This document shows, piece by piece, positions 48,416 to 60,300 of a stretch of DNA of 64,000 nt. Location of the stretch: NCBI GenBank assembly GCA_002269645.1, contig NIVC01002905.1, positions 62,001 to 126,000 of the forward strand, in the 5' to 3' direction. The stretch comes from Macrostomum lignano (Eukaryota). The notes under the pieces are model-generated. The model saw only the letters and a program-made list of their open reading frames with translations. It ran no database searches and had not been told where the DNA came from. Position 1 is the first letter of the stretch, and every line of letters starts with the position of its first letter. The translations under genes and the position numbers were made by a program.

Positions 48416-49740
48416 ATCCATCTATCTGCAATAGCTAGATAGATGAATGTTCTTCTTGACCAACTCATGATAATTACTCGATTAATTGAATTGCAGTTTT
48501 CCTACGTGAAATCATCACGCAGTAGAAATTTGTGGCTGCACTGGAAGAAAAGCTCACTAAGTAAATTAGGTTAAGCACAGTAGAAGTGAACGTGTTTGGG
48601 AATTAGGAATACCTAAAGGAAAGTATACCATTATTTTTGTGATGCACTACTCTAGTATTTAGATTGTAGCGTAACAGAACAAATGACTGGGAAAATGAAG
48701 ATCGATGACGATATTTCTCGATCGATATTTCGATGAGAACTTCTTCAAATGCGTTCTGCTACAACTATTTTTTCAGTTTTCATAACATTGTCTACTCTTT
48801 TGATCAAACAACCTACTCATTTGCCTTGCTCCCTGTAAGATACTCATACTTCACGTTCATTTGCAAGTACACTTTGCCCTCTGCCCAGTATGTACACTGA
48901 TAAGCTATACTGAATCGCATGCACACTTTGCCCTCTGCCCAGTGTGTACACCCTGCGTGAGCGTGTGAGCATGTGCACGTGCTAATTAGGAGTCAGTGGA
49001 ATGGGCAGAATTGCCGTCAGCTCTGGTTGTGGGACGATGTCGCCGAAGACGTTGCGTCAGAGGTTCTGCAGCCGTCCTGCAATTATTATTATTAATTCAC
49101 ATGTACATGTCAACCAGCTCTCGCCGTTCTGGCCGATCATATGGTAGAAGCGGCATTTCTAGCAAGGCACAAGAAACAGATGAATTGAGTGAGTGAAACA
49201 TAAAAAATCCCATCGGATTAACTTATTAAATCCCTGACTGTCTCTCTGGCGCAAATATCGCATTATAAATCTTGAGCAGCTGCTATTCGGGAGGACAAAC
49301 CAAGTTCGAAGCTCTGGAAAACTTCGATGTTATCCAGCGAGTCAGATGAAAATAGATTAGAATTTAATTAATTTACCCGCTCTGTGAGTTTATATATTGT
49401 TTTTCTGTCCCGCAGTGACAAAAACAACATTGAGCCACAAATCAGTTTTGTTCTTTTCGAGATTCACCGACTCGTTAAAATTTCAAAGTAAAACGAAAAC
49501 AGGCCCGCCTTGCCATCAATTTGCTGTGCAGTTTTCATGCAGACAGGCAAATCTGTGATGCTGCATCTAATTTCGTAAAGTCTGACAACTTTTTCTGAGA
49601 GACATCTGCTCCGTTAACGAAATGGCAGTTTTTTTTCCTAGAAAGCTGGACAGAAGATATCTAAGATATAAAAATTAATATTTGCCTGAATGTTGTAGGC
49701 ACCCTGGCACCTCATCGTCCCCACAATTTTACCTATTCCA

Positions 49741-50115
49741 AAAACAACAACAACAACAAAATACGCGGCCCCGCATGCAAAGTCACAGTTAGAGCAGGGC
49801 GCGTCAGATGGCCTGAGAGCGGACGAAGTCCGTTGGCAGTGTCGCGCGCCCCAGCGTCGCATAGCAGGCAGTCCATGTATCGACAGGTTCGGGCTTGACC
49901 CTGTTTGAACGGGCCTGCAAGGTGAGCAGCAGGACGACCTGAACGGGTTGGGGAAAGTAGCCTTCGGCCCGCATCACGTGACCCGCCAGTTGAAGTCGCC
50001 GCCTGTGCAGGATGAACCTCGGTCCCGACGCTCTCGTCAGCTCGAAAGGCCGCACTGATCAGCCCTGAGTCCAGCTACAGCTCCAGCGAAGCCGCGTCAG
50101 TGTCCACGTCTAAGC
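49741..50115 (-). mobile_element. Decayed 3' end of an RTE-clade non-LTR retrotransposon with (TTG)n tail
   Basis: Across frameshifts and one stop it reads TWTLT..SLEL*LDSGLISAAFR...ILHRRRLQLAGHVMRAEGYFPQPVQ, resembling the RTE C-terminal motifs ETWTLT and RRLxxAGHxxR. Ends in a short tandem-repeat tail at 49741-49762. Confidence 0.8.
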
Positions 50116-50948
50116 CCCGCTGACTCCTGATAATGCATCCAGACGCGCACTCATACACACGCTCTTACAGGGTGCAGGCATTCATACTGTCTGCGCCTTG
50201 AGGGTTGGTCCTCATGGCTGTTAATCGGACGACAACCCTCCTCACAGGTCAATTTTCGCGCCCACAAGTCCCAAATGAATTTGGCCGTTTATGGAATTGA
50301 ACCAGGGGTCTGCTACCCTGATGAATTTAGTAAAGCTAAAAATATTGCACAAAAAGTAGCGCCCTCAAAAGTAAGTTCGTTTAAATAGTTTTTTTTGTAT
50401 ACCTAATCTCACTTTTCAGCTTGTATTTTAAACGGCTATTTATTGCAGTAAATATCAGGCCATACATTGGTCTAAAGACTGCCTCTAAGTATTCAGGTTA
50501 AACAGAGGCTCTACAAAGCAGAGCTTGTAATGGCCTCTTTGGCCATTGTGCTGCACCTGAATCGACTTGATTGTGCCCAAACTCCTACTGAATGGCATGC
50601 ATACTAGTGAAATGTAAGACACAACCTAGGTAACCCACCCACCAGTCCTCGGAGTGCCCCCCAGCTCGCACAGATCAAAGGCTCGATTAGCTAGCTGTAT
50701 CATATGAGCTGTATTTCTCCGTCCCTCTCGCCGTGTGTGAATTTTGTTTTTTAGTGTCCATTTATTTTTATAGCTATTCAAACAACGATTGTCTTCAACT
50801 GTAGAGGTATGTATATATATAGAGATTGTTAACAAAAAGGTCGACGAAGAAAAAAGCTGGGGTTGGATGTAGAGGCAGTAAAAGTTGATATAGCTATATC
50901 TGATTCGTTTGCAATAGCGGGGTAGAGGCTGAATAGCGAGAGAAAGCT

Positions 50949-51020
50949 ATGGCTCAAGCGCCAACGCTGACAGACAAGATGTCGCACCGCGGTGCGCTCT
51001 CATTTAAATGCCAAGGGTGG
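50949..51020 (+). CDS. Possible first coding exon of the unidentified gene
   Basis: ATG at 50949, MAQAPTLTDKMSHRGALSFKCQGW, phase-0 donor TGG|GTAATA compatible with the 51150 acceptor. Supported only by splice-phase logic. Confidence 0.3.
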
Positions 51021-51149
51021 GTAATAAAACATTTGAGTTCATTGTTTTTTAAGCTTTTTATGTTTTGATGCTTTGATGCTTCCGACCCTTTCCCACCGCC
51101 CCGGCACTCATTGCGGGCATATAAATGTGAATTATTTGAGTAGCCACAG

Positions 51150-51507
51150 GTATCGCGCGTCGACTGCATTTCTGCAATGAACACGGACGAGCAGCATCCA
51201 GCATTTGATGTCTCCTATGTCAGGTCGAAAATCTGGGCGCCAGTCTGTGTGGACATTGTCCGACACGAGCGCACGGTCGATCTGGACATCAGGCGGCATC
51301 CGCTGTACGCCCGACGTCCTGATCTGTTGCGACGAACCGGTCCGAAGCATCTACCGGGCGCCGGTAGCACCTGGGTGAGCGAATGGCTTCAACAGCGGTT
51401 TGAGAAGCCGAAAATGAGCGAACCGAAGCTGGCTAACCGGCCGAAGTCTGAGCTGCCCCCGTGCACACCTGGACGAGTTATAAAGCAGAGTCAACAGTCA
51501 GGAAGAG
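51150..51507 (+). CDS. Probable exon of an unidentified protein
   Basis: Acceptor CCACAG|GTA. Open frame VSRVDCISAMNTDEQHPAFDVSYVRSKIWAPVCVDIVRHERTVDLDIRRHPLY...SGR in a GC-rich island. Phase-1 donor G|GTATGG fits the next exon. No family recognised. Confidence 0.55.
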
Positions 51508-51747
51508 GTATGGTAGGCTTTACTTTGTACAGACGATGCACTTGATGTCTTAGATTGTACAAAGTGCTGCAAGGTGAACACATCAACTGAGGCCCAGTTT
51601 AGACCACACACGACTTAGTACGTAAATTTTACGCAACTTTTGTACGAGCTACATGAATTGTTTTTCTTGATGTCCCAACTTGTTTAACTCACTCAGAATG
51701 AGTAGAAAAATGTTATAGAATGTTTTTATGTATTTTTTAAACAACAG

Positions 51748-52278
51748 GGAAGCAGAAGAGTCAGCAGCAGCAGCACTATCCTGAGGAAGATCTCAACCAT
51801 GACAACTGCAGCCTCGATGATTCCTGCTGCGAGGACTGCTGCTTCTGCTGCCCCGGCCGACGACGGGGTGGGCAAGCCGGGCGTCAACTTGTTCAGCCAC
51901 TCGCTGCAGACAATAGATCAGCTACCAGCGTGGCTCTGCCGCTTCCCCAGCTGTCGCTGCTTGGAGACTCCAACAAGCAATTGTCGCTGTCGTTCGACAG
52001 TCGACCTAGAGCGAAGTCGTCGGCTGCGGATCTGACGCGTCTGCCAACGACATTCCGAACTGAAGCTTCGGCTACCTGCTTGACCAGTGCGTCTCAGCTG
52101 ACCCTGCTCAGCTGCAGGTCCGAACTGTCAGAGTGCGACCGACAGCAAGAGCTGACGGATCGTCTGGAGCGCAGTAAAAGACAAGAAGCGGTGCGGGAAG
52201 AGTCCAGAAGTCGGCGAGTGACTCTGCAGCTGGATGAAGGAGTCTACGAAAGCCGAGACAGCTTCAAGATTAAAGAAG
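51748..52278 (+). CDS. Probable next exon of the same unidentified protein
   Basis: Acceptor TTTTTTAAACAACAG|GG in phase 1. 176 open codons KQKSQQQQHYPEEDLNHDNCSLDDSCCEDCCFCCPG...QELTDRLERSKRQEAVREE...FKIKE. Ends at donor G|GTAGAC or reads on to a stop at 52298. Confidence 0.55.
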
Positions 52279-52321
52279 GTAGACCGCCAGTTTATTGACA
52301 TTTGAGAAAGTCTGAAACAAC

Positions 52322-52429
52322 AGTCTGTCTGTCTGTCTGTCTGTCTGTCTTAGTGTCTGTCTGTCTTAGTGTCTGTCTTAGTGTCTGTCTGTCTGTCTGT
52401 CTGTCTTAGTGTCTGTCTGTCTGTCTTAG

Positions 52430-52462
<33 letters not shown>

Positions 52463-52501
52463 TAGTGTCTGTGTGTCTGTCTGTCTGTCTGTCTGTCTTA
52501 G

Positions 52502-52570
<69 letters not shown>

Positions 52571-52610
52571 TAGTGTCTGTCTGTCTTAGTGTCTGTTCTA
52601 CTGTCTGTGT
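52322..52610. repeat. (GTCT)n microsatellite with TAGT interruptions
   Basis: Read directly. Confidence 0.97.
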
Positions 52611-54339
52611 GTTTACGTGGACTTTTTGGAAGTTCAGTAGCCTCGTTAGCTGGACCACCCGGTGTAGGTAGACCACTTAGGTGGACCACCAAATAATTTT
52701 GTCTCTGGTGGGGTTAAGACGTTGATGAGGATCTCACATTAATGTCAGGCGGGTCAAGAAAGGCTTAAGCAATTTTGGGATGTCTAGCATGGTTTTTTCC
52801 AAAGTTATTTGCATTTCAGTTTAGCTGGACCTCCAGCCTGGTCTACCTAAACCGAGCGAGTCTGGTCCACGTAAACCGAAAAATTTTAGAAAATTTTTCG
52901 AAAATCGTCTGTTTGTGTCTGTTTGTGTCTGTTTGTGTCTGTTTGTGTCTAGCAGTTATTAAGCATAGATTCGATGCAAAACTGAATTTTTTACAGATCA
53001 TTACCTTACGAACAAAGGGCTATGTTAGCATCATATTATGACCGCTACTGGCTTTAAAACAATATGCGTTCAGTTCTTTGACATTCAAGTAGGTGCGCAG
53101 GTTAATTAAAAATTCTGAAACCTCGTATGCGAAATGAATTTGATACAGTAAACTTTAAACTCCATTTAATTAGCTCAGTTCCAGCAATTCCGGTATCGTA
53201 CTCTGAGCACAGACTCACAGAGTAAGACACCAACGTAAAGAAATCCAATTCGCTAACCAGATCAAACGATAAAGACTCCGAGACAAGAAAGATATTTAAG
53301 TGAAGCCTAAATAGTATTCTTCAATGACTTCTCAAGAACTCCCAGTGGTCCTTGATAGCCACACTGTGTAAATGCGAATTTCTGAGGCTCTACCATTACA
53401 CAAGAAGAAAATAGCAACTTCATGAATTAAGTGCTTGCCAATTCTATCCTAACACTATGGGATATCCTGTTCTATCCTCCTCCAATGTTGGAAGAAGAAG
53501 ATCCTAAGCTGCAGCCTTTCAAGTGCAAAGTTGAAGATGCAATTTACCTAATTGAAAAGGACAATTCATACATGTACATGCAAAAGATTTGATCAAGAGG
53601 ACGCAATTAAGAAGGGCCTTTTAGCTAGCGATCGGGTCTCTGACTCTCTAGCAAAAGGTCGACTTGATTGCGGTCCCAGTAAAACTAAGAACGCATTAAC
53701 AGACAGCCTAACACTCACTGTCTGTTTGGTCCACGTAAACACATGTGCAGGAGTATAGGGTTGGAACAGACAGACAGACAGACCTCCCTTTCTATAATTG
53801 GCTGGTTAACACTTAGGAGGATAGATCCACCCCAACAATGGGACCGACCGCAGCCAATAGGAAACCCGCAAGCGTTCTGAAGGTAAGACAGTGGAGAGAG
53901 GGATATATAATGTCTAAGCGGGTGGTCCACGTAAACCATGGCGTAGTGAGACCAGACACCGACAGTTTAAAAGAAAGTACTTATAATCCACACTATACAA
54001 CTCTAAAGGATTGCAATTGTATAGATTAGAACGTTTTTTTTATACTTAATAGGTCTAATGTTAATCCTTACTCCAAGTTTCATCCATATATAAATTTATT
54101 GTGCCAAAAACTGTAATCAACAACCAAGATATGATGACCCGCAAAAAAGGACGCCAAGCCTAAAAGAAAAAATAAAAAAACACCGTCGCAAAAAGCCACT
54201 GCGAAATCGAAGAAGCCGCATCGCCTGGTGAAAATCATCAGTCTGCTCGCAGATCCGTCGACACCGAGTCCAGAAAAGTGAGTTTCGTTTGATGATCTCA
54301 AAGTAGCTAGCTGCAAGGCCTGCAACTCAATTGCTGTAG

Positions 54340-57300
54340 AGAAGCTGGTCCACCTAACCTACAGACACAACTGAATCAGCTCTCTCAGTCTGTTTGAGGC
54401 TTTGGCTCTCAGAAGGTGGTCCACCTAACCTACAGACACAACTCGAACAGATTTCTCTGTCTGTTTGAGGCTCTGGCTCTTAGGTGGTCCACATAACCTA
54501 CAGACACAACTGAAGCAGCTCTCTCAGTCTGTTTGAGGCTTTGGCTCTCAGTAGCTGGTCCACCTAACCTACAGACACAACTCGAACAGATTTCTCTGTC
54601 TGTTTGAGGCTCTGGCTCTCAGAGCCGCCGAGAAAGTTTAGTGCCGAGAATGCTTCAGTTTGTTAGAATGCAATCAGAACAGATTCCTAGAAAGTGAGCT
54701 AGTCCAGCATCAAGGCAGAACATCTGGATGTGTAACGAAAGTCTCTCGGAGACTCCTGGCTCAGATTATCGCCTAGAAGTGCTGTGGAGTAGCTGGTCCA
54801 CCTAACCTACAGACACAACTCGAACAGATTTCTGTCTGTTTGAGGCTCTGGCTCTCAGAGCCGCCGAGAAAGTTTAGTGCCGAGAATGCTTCAGTTTGTT
54901 AGAATGCAATCAGAACAGATTCCTAGAAAGTGAGCTAGTCTAGTATCAAGGCAGAACATCTGGATGTGTAACGAGAGGCCCTTGGAGATTCCTGGCTCAG
55001 ATTATCGCCTAGAAGTGCTGTAGAATAGCTGGTCCACCTAACCTACAGACACAACTCGAACAGATTTCTCTGTCTGTTTGAGGCTCTGGCTCTTAGGTGG
55101 TCCACATAACCTACAGACAAAACTGAAGCAGCTCTCTCAGTCTGTTTGAGGCTTTGGCTCACAGTAGCTGGTCCACCTAACCTACAGACACAACTCGAAC
55201 AGATTTCTCTGTCTGTTTGAGGCTCTGGCTCTCAGAGCCGCCGAGAAAGTTTAGTGCCGAGAATGCTTCAGTTTGTTAGAATGCAATCAGAACAGATTCC
55301 TAGAAAGTGAGCTAGTCCAGCATCAAGGCAGAACATCTGGATGTGTAACGAGAGGCTCTCGGAGATTCCTGGCTCAGATTATCGCCTAGAAGTGCTGTGG
55401 AGTAGCTGGTTCACCTAACCTACAGACACAACTCGAACAGATTTCTCTGTCTGTTTGAGGCTCTGGCTCTCAGAGCCGCCGAGAAAGTTTAGTGCCGAGA
55501 ATGCTTCAGTTTGTTAGAATGCAATCAGAACAGATTCCTAGAAAGTGAGCTAGTCCAGCATCAAGGCAGAACATCTGGATGTGTAACGAGAGGCTCTCGG
55601 AGATTCCTGGCTCAGATTATCGCCTAGAAGTGCTGTGGAGTAGCTGGTTCACCTAACCTACAGACACAACTCGAACAGATTTCTCTGTCTGTTTAAGGCT
55701 CTGGCTCTCAGAGCCGCCGAGAAAGTTTAGTGCCAAGAATGCTTCATTTTGTTAGAATGCAATCAGAACAGATTCCTAGAAAGTGAGCTAGTCCAGCATC
55801 AAGGCAGAACATCTGGATGTGTAACGAGAGGCTCTCGGAGATTCCTGGCTCAGATTATCGCCTAGAAGTGCTGTGGAGTAGCTGGTTCACCTAACCTACA
55901 GACACAACTCGAACAGATTTCTCTGTCTGTTTAAGGCTCTGGCTCTCAGAGCCGCCGAGAAAGTTTAGTGCCAAGAATGCTTCATTTTGTTAGAATGCAA
56001 TCAGAACAGATTCCTAGAAAGTGAGCTAGTCCAGCATCAAGGCAGAACATCTGGATGTGTAACGAGAGGCTCTCGGAGATTCCTGGCTCAGATTATCGCC
56101 TAGAAGTGCTGTAGAATAGCTGGTCCACCTAACTTACAGACACAACTCGAACAGATTTCTCTGTCTGTTTGAGGCTCTGGCTCTCAGAGCCGCCGAGAAA
56201 GTTTAGTGCCGAGAATGCTTCAGTTTGTTAGAATGCAATCAGAACAGATTCCTAGAAAGTGAGCTAGTCCAGCATCAAGGCAGAACATCTGGATGTGTAA
56301 CGAGAGGCTCTCGGAGATTCCTGGCTCAGATTATCGCCTAGAAGTGCTGTAGAATAGCTGGTCCACCTAACCTACAGACACAACTCGAACAGATTTCTCT
56401 GTCTGTTTGAGGCTCTGGCTCTCAGAGCCGCCGAGAAAGTTTAGTGCCAAGAATGCTTCATTTTGTTAGAATGCAATCAGAACAGATTCCTAGAAAGTGA
56501 GCTAGTCCAGCATCAAGGCAGAACATCTGGATGTGTAACGAGAGGCTCTCGGAGATTCCTGGCTCAGATTATCGCCTAGAAGTGCTGTAGAATAGCTGGT
56601 CCACCTAACCTACAGACACAACTCGAACAGATTTCTCTGTCTGTTTGAGGCTCTGGCTCTCAGAGCCGCCGAGAAAGTTTAGTGCCGAGAATGCTTCAGT
56701 TTGTTAGAATGCAATCAGAACAGATTCCTAGAAAGTGAGCTAGTCCAGCATCAAGGCAGAACATCTGGATGTGTAACGAGAGGCTCTCGGAGATTCCTGG
56801 CTCAGATTATCGCCTAGAAGTGCTGTAGAATAGCTGGTCCACCTAACCTACAGACACAACTCGAACAGATTTCTCTGTCTGTTTAAGGCTCTGGCTCTCA
56901 GAGCCGCCGAGAAAGTTTAGTGCCGAGAATGCTTCAGTTTGTTAGAATGCAATCAGAACAGATTCCTAGAAAGTGAGCTAGTCCAGCATCAAGGCAGAAC
57001 ATCTGGATGTGTAACGAGAGGCTCTCGGAGATTCCTGGCTCAGATTATCGCCTAGAAGTGCTGTAGAATAGCTGGTCCACCTAACCTACAGACACAACTC
57101 GAACAGATTTCTCTGTCTGTTTGAGGCTCTGGCTCTCAGAGCCGCCGAGAAAGTTTAGTGCCGAGAATGCTTCAGTTTGTTAGAATGCAATCAGAACAGA
57201 TTCCTAGAAAGTGAGCTAGTCCAGCATCAAGGCAGAACATCTGGATGTGTAACGAAAGTCTCTCGGAGACTCCTGGCTCAGATTATCGCCTAGAAGTGCT

Positions 57301-60300
57301 GTGGAGTAGCTGGTCCACCTAACCTACAGACACAACTCGAACAGATTTCTCTGTCTGTTTGAGGCTCTGGCTCTCAGAGCCGCCGAGAAAGTTTAGTGCC
57401 GAGAATGCTTCAGTTTGTTAGAATGCAATCAGAACAGATTCCTAGAAAGTGAGCTAGTCTAGTATCAAGGCAGAACATCTGGATGTGTAACGAGAGGCCC
57501 TTGGAGATTCCTGGCTCAGATTATCGCCTAGAAGTGCTGTAGAATAGCTGGTCCACCTAACCTACAGACACAACTCGAACAGATTTCTCTGTCTGTTTGA
57601 GGCTCTGGCTCTCAGAGCCGCCGAGAAAGTTTAGTGCCGAGAATGCTTCAGTTTGTTAGAATGCAATCAGAACAGATTCCTAGAAAGTGAGCTAGTCCAG
57701 CATCAAGGCAGAACATCTGGATGTGTAACGAGAGGCTCTCGGAGATTCCTGGCTCAGATTATCGCCTAGAAGTGCTGTAGAATAGCTGGTCCACCTAACC
57801 TACAGACACAACTCGAACAGATTTCTCTGTCTGTTTGAGGCTCTGGCTCTCAGAGCCGCCGAGAAAGTTTAGTGCCAGAATGCTTCATTTTGTTAGAATG
57901 CAATCAGAACAGATTCCTAGAAAGTGAGCTAGTCCAGCATCAAGGCAGAACATCTGGATGTGTAACGAGAGGCTCTCGGAGATTCCTGGCTCAGATTATC
58001 GCCTAGAAGTGCTGTAGAATAGCTGGTCCACCTAACCTACAGACACAACTCGAACAGATTTCTCTGTCTGTTTGAGGCTCTGGCTCTCAGAGCCGCCGAG
58101 AAAGTTTAGTGCCGAGAATGCTTCAGTTTGTTAGAATGCAATCAGAACAGATTCCTAGAAAGTGAGCTAGTCCAGCATCAAGGCAGAACATCTGGATGTG
58201 TAACGAGAGGCTCTCGGAGATTCCTGGCTCAGATTATCGCCTAGAAGTGCTGTAGAATAGCTGGTCCACCTAACCTACAGACACAACTCGAACAGATTTC
58301 TCTGTCTGTTTAAGGCGCTGGCTCTCAGAGCCGCCGAGAAAGTTTAGTGCCGAGAATGCTTCAGTTTGTTAGAATGCAATCAGAACAGATTCCTAGAAAG
58401 TGAGCTAGTCCAGCATCAAGGCAGAACATCTGGATGTGTAACGAAAGTCTCTCGGAGACTCCTGGCTCAGATTATCGCCTAGAAGTGCTGTGGAGTAGCT
58501 GGTCCACCTAACCTACAGACACAACTCGAACAGATTTCTCTGTCTGTTTGAGGCTCTGGCTCTCAGAGCCGCCGAGAAAGTTTAGTGCCGAGAATGCTTC
58601 AGTTTGTTAGAATGCAATCAGAACAGATTCCTAGAAAGTGAGCTAGTCCAGCATCAAGGCAGAACATCTGGATGTGTAACGAGAGGCCTTGGAGATTCCT
58701 GGCTCAGATTATCGCCTAGAAGTGCTGTAGAATAGCTGGTCCACCTAACCTACAGACACAACTCGAACAGATTTCTCTGTCTGTTTGAGGCTCTGGCTCT
58801 CAGAGCCGCCGAGAAAGTTTAGTGCCGAGAATGCTTCAGTTTGTTAGAATGCAATCAGAACAGATTCCTAGAAAGTGAGCTAGTCCAGCATCAAGGCAGA
58901 ACATCTGGATGTGTAACGAGAGGCTCTCGGAGATTCCTGGCTCAGATTATCGCCTAGAAGTGCTGTAGAATAGCTGGTCCACCTAACCTACAGACACAAC
59001 TCGAACAGATTTCTCTGTCTGTTTGAGGCTCTGGCTCTCAGAGCCGCCGAGAAAGTTTAGTGCCAGAATGCTTCATTTTGTTAGAATGCAATCAGAACAG
59101 ATTCCTAGAAAGTGAGCTAGTCCAGCATCAAGGCAGAACATCTGGATGTGTAACGAGAGGCTCTCGGAGATTCCTGGCTCAGATTATCGCCTAGAAGTGC
59201 TGTAGAATAGCTGGTCCACCTAACCTACAGACACAACTCGAACAGATTTCTCTGTCTGTTTGAGGCTCTGGCTCTCAGAGCCGCCGAGAAAGTTTAGTGC
59301 CGAGAATGCTTCAGTTTGTTAGAATGCAATCAGAACAGATTCCTAGAAAGTGAGCTAGTCCAGCATCAAGGCAGAACATCTGGATGTGTAACGAGAGGCT
59401 CTCGGAGATTCCTGGCTCAGATTATCGCCTAGAAGTGCTGTAGAATAGCTGGTCCACCTAACCTACAGACACAACTCGAACAGATTTCTCTGTCTGTTTA
59501 AGGCGCTGGCTCTCAGAGCCGCCGAGAAAGTTTAGTGCCGAGAATGCTTCAGTTTGTTAGAATGCAATCAGAACAGATTCCTAGAAAGTGAGCTAGTCCA
59601 GCATCAAGGCAGAACATCTGGATGTGTAACGAGAGGCTCTCGGAGATTCCTGGCTCAGATTATCGCCTAGAAGTGCTGTAGAATAGCTGGTCCACCTAAC
59701 CTACAGACACAACTCGAACAGATTTCTCTGTCTGTTTGAGGCTCTGGCTCTCAGAGCCGCCGAGAAAGTTTAGTGCCGAGAATGCTTCAGTTTGTTAGAA
59801 TGCAATCAGAACAGATTCCTAGAAAGTGAGCTAGTCCAGCATCAAGGCAGAACATCTGGATGTGTAACGAGAGGCTCTCGGAGATTCCTGGCTCAGATTA
59901 TCGCCTAGAAGTGCTGTAGAATAGCTGGTCCACCTAACCTACAGACACAACTCGAACAGATTTCTCTGTCTGTTTGAGGCTCTGGCTCTCAGAGCCGCCG
60001 AGAAAGTTTAGTGCCGAGAATGCTTCAGTTTGTTAGAATGCAATCAGAACAGATTCCTAGAAAGTGAGCTAGTCCAGCATCAAGGCAGAACATCTGGATG
60101 TGTAACGAGAGGCTCTCGGAGATTCCTGGCTCAGATTATCGCCTAGAAGTGCTGTAGAATAGCTGGTCCACCTAACCTACAGACACAACTCGAACAGATT
60201 TCTCTGTCTGTTTAGGCTCTGGCTCTCAGAGCCGCCGAGAAAGTTTAGTGCCGAGAATGCTTCAGTTTGTTAGAATGCAATCAGAACAGATTCCTAGAAA

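Noticed and set aside
54129-54277. Lys-rich stretch ending in a GTGAGT donor as a further exon of the 51-kb gene
   Set aside because: No strong acceptor, and each frame hits a stop or needs a frameshift to reach the donor.
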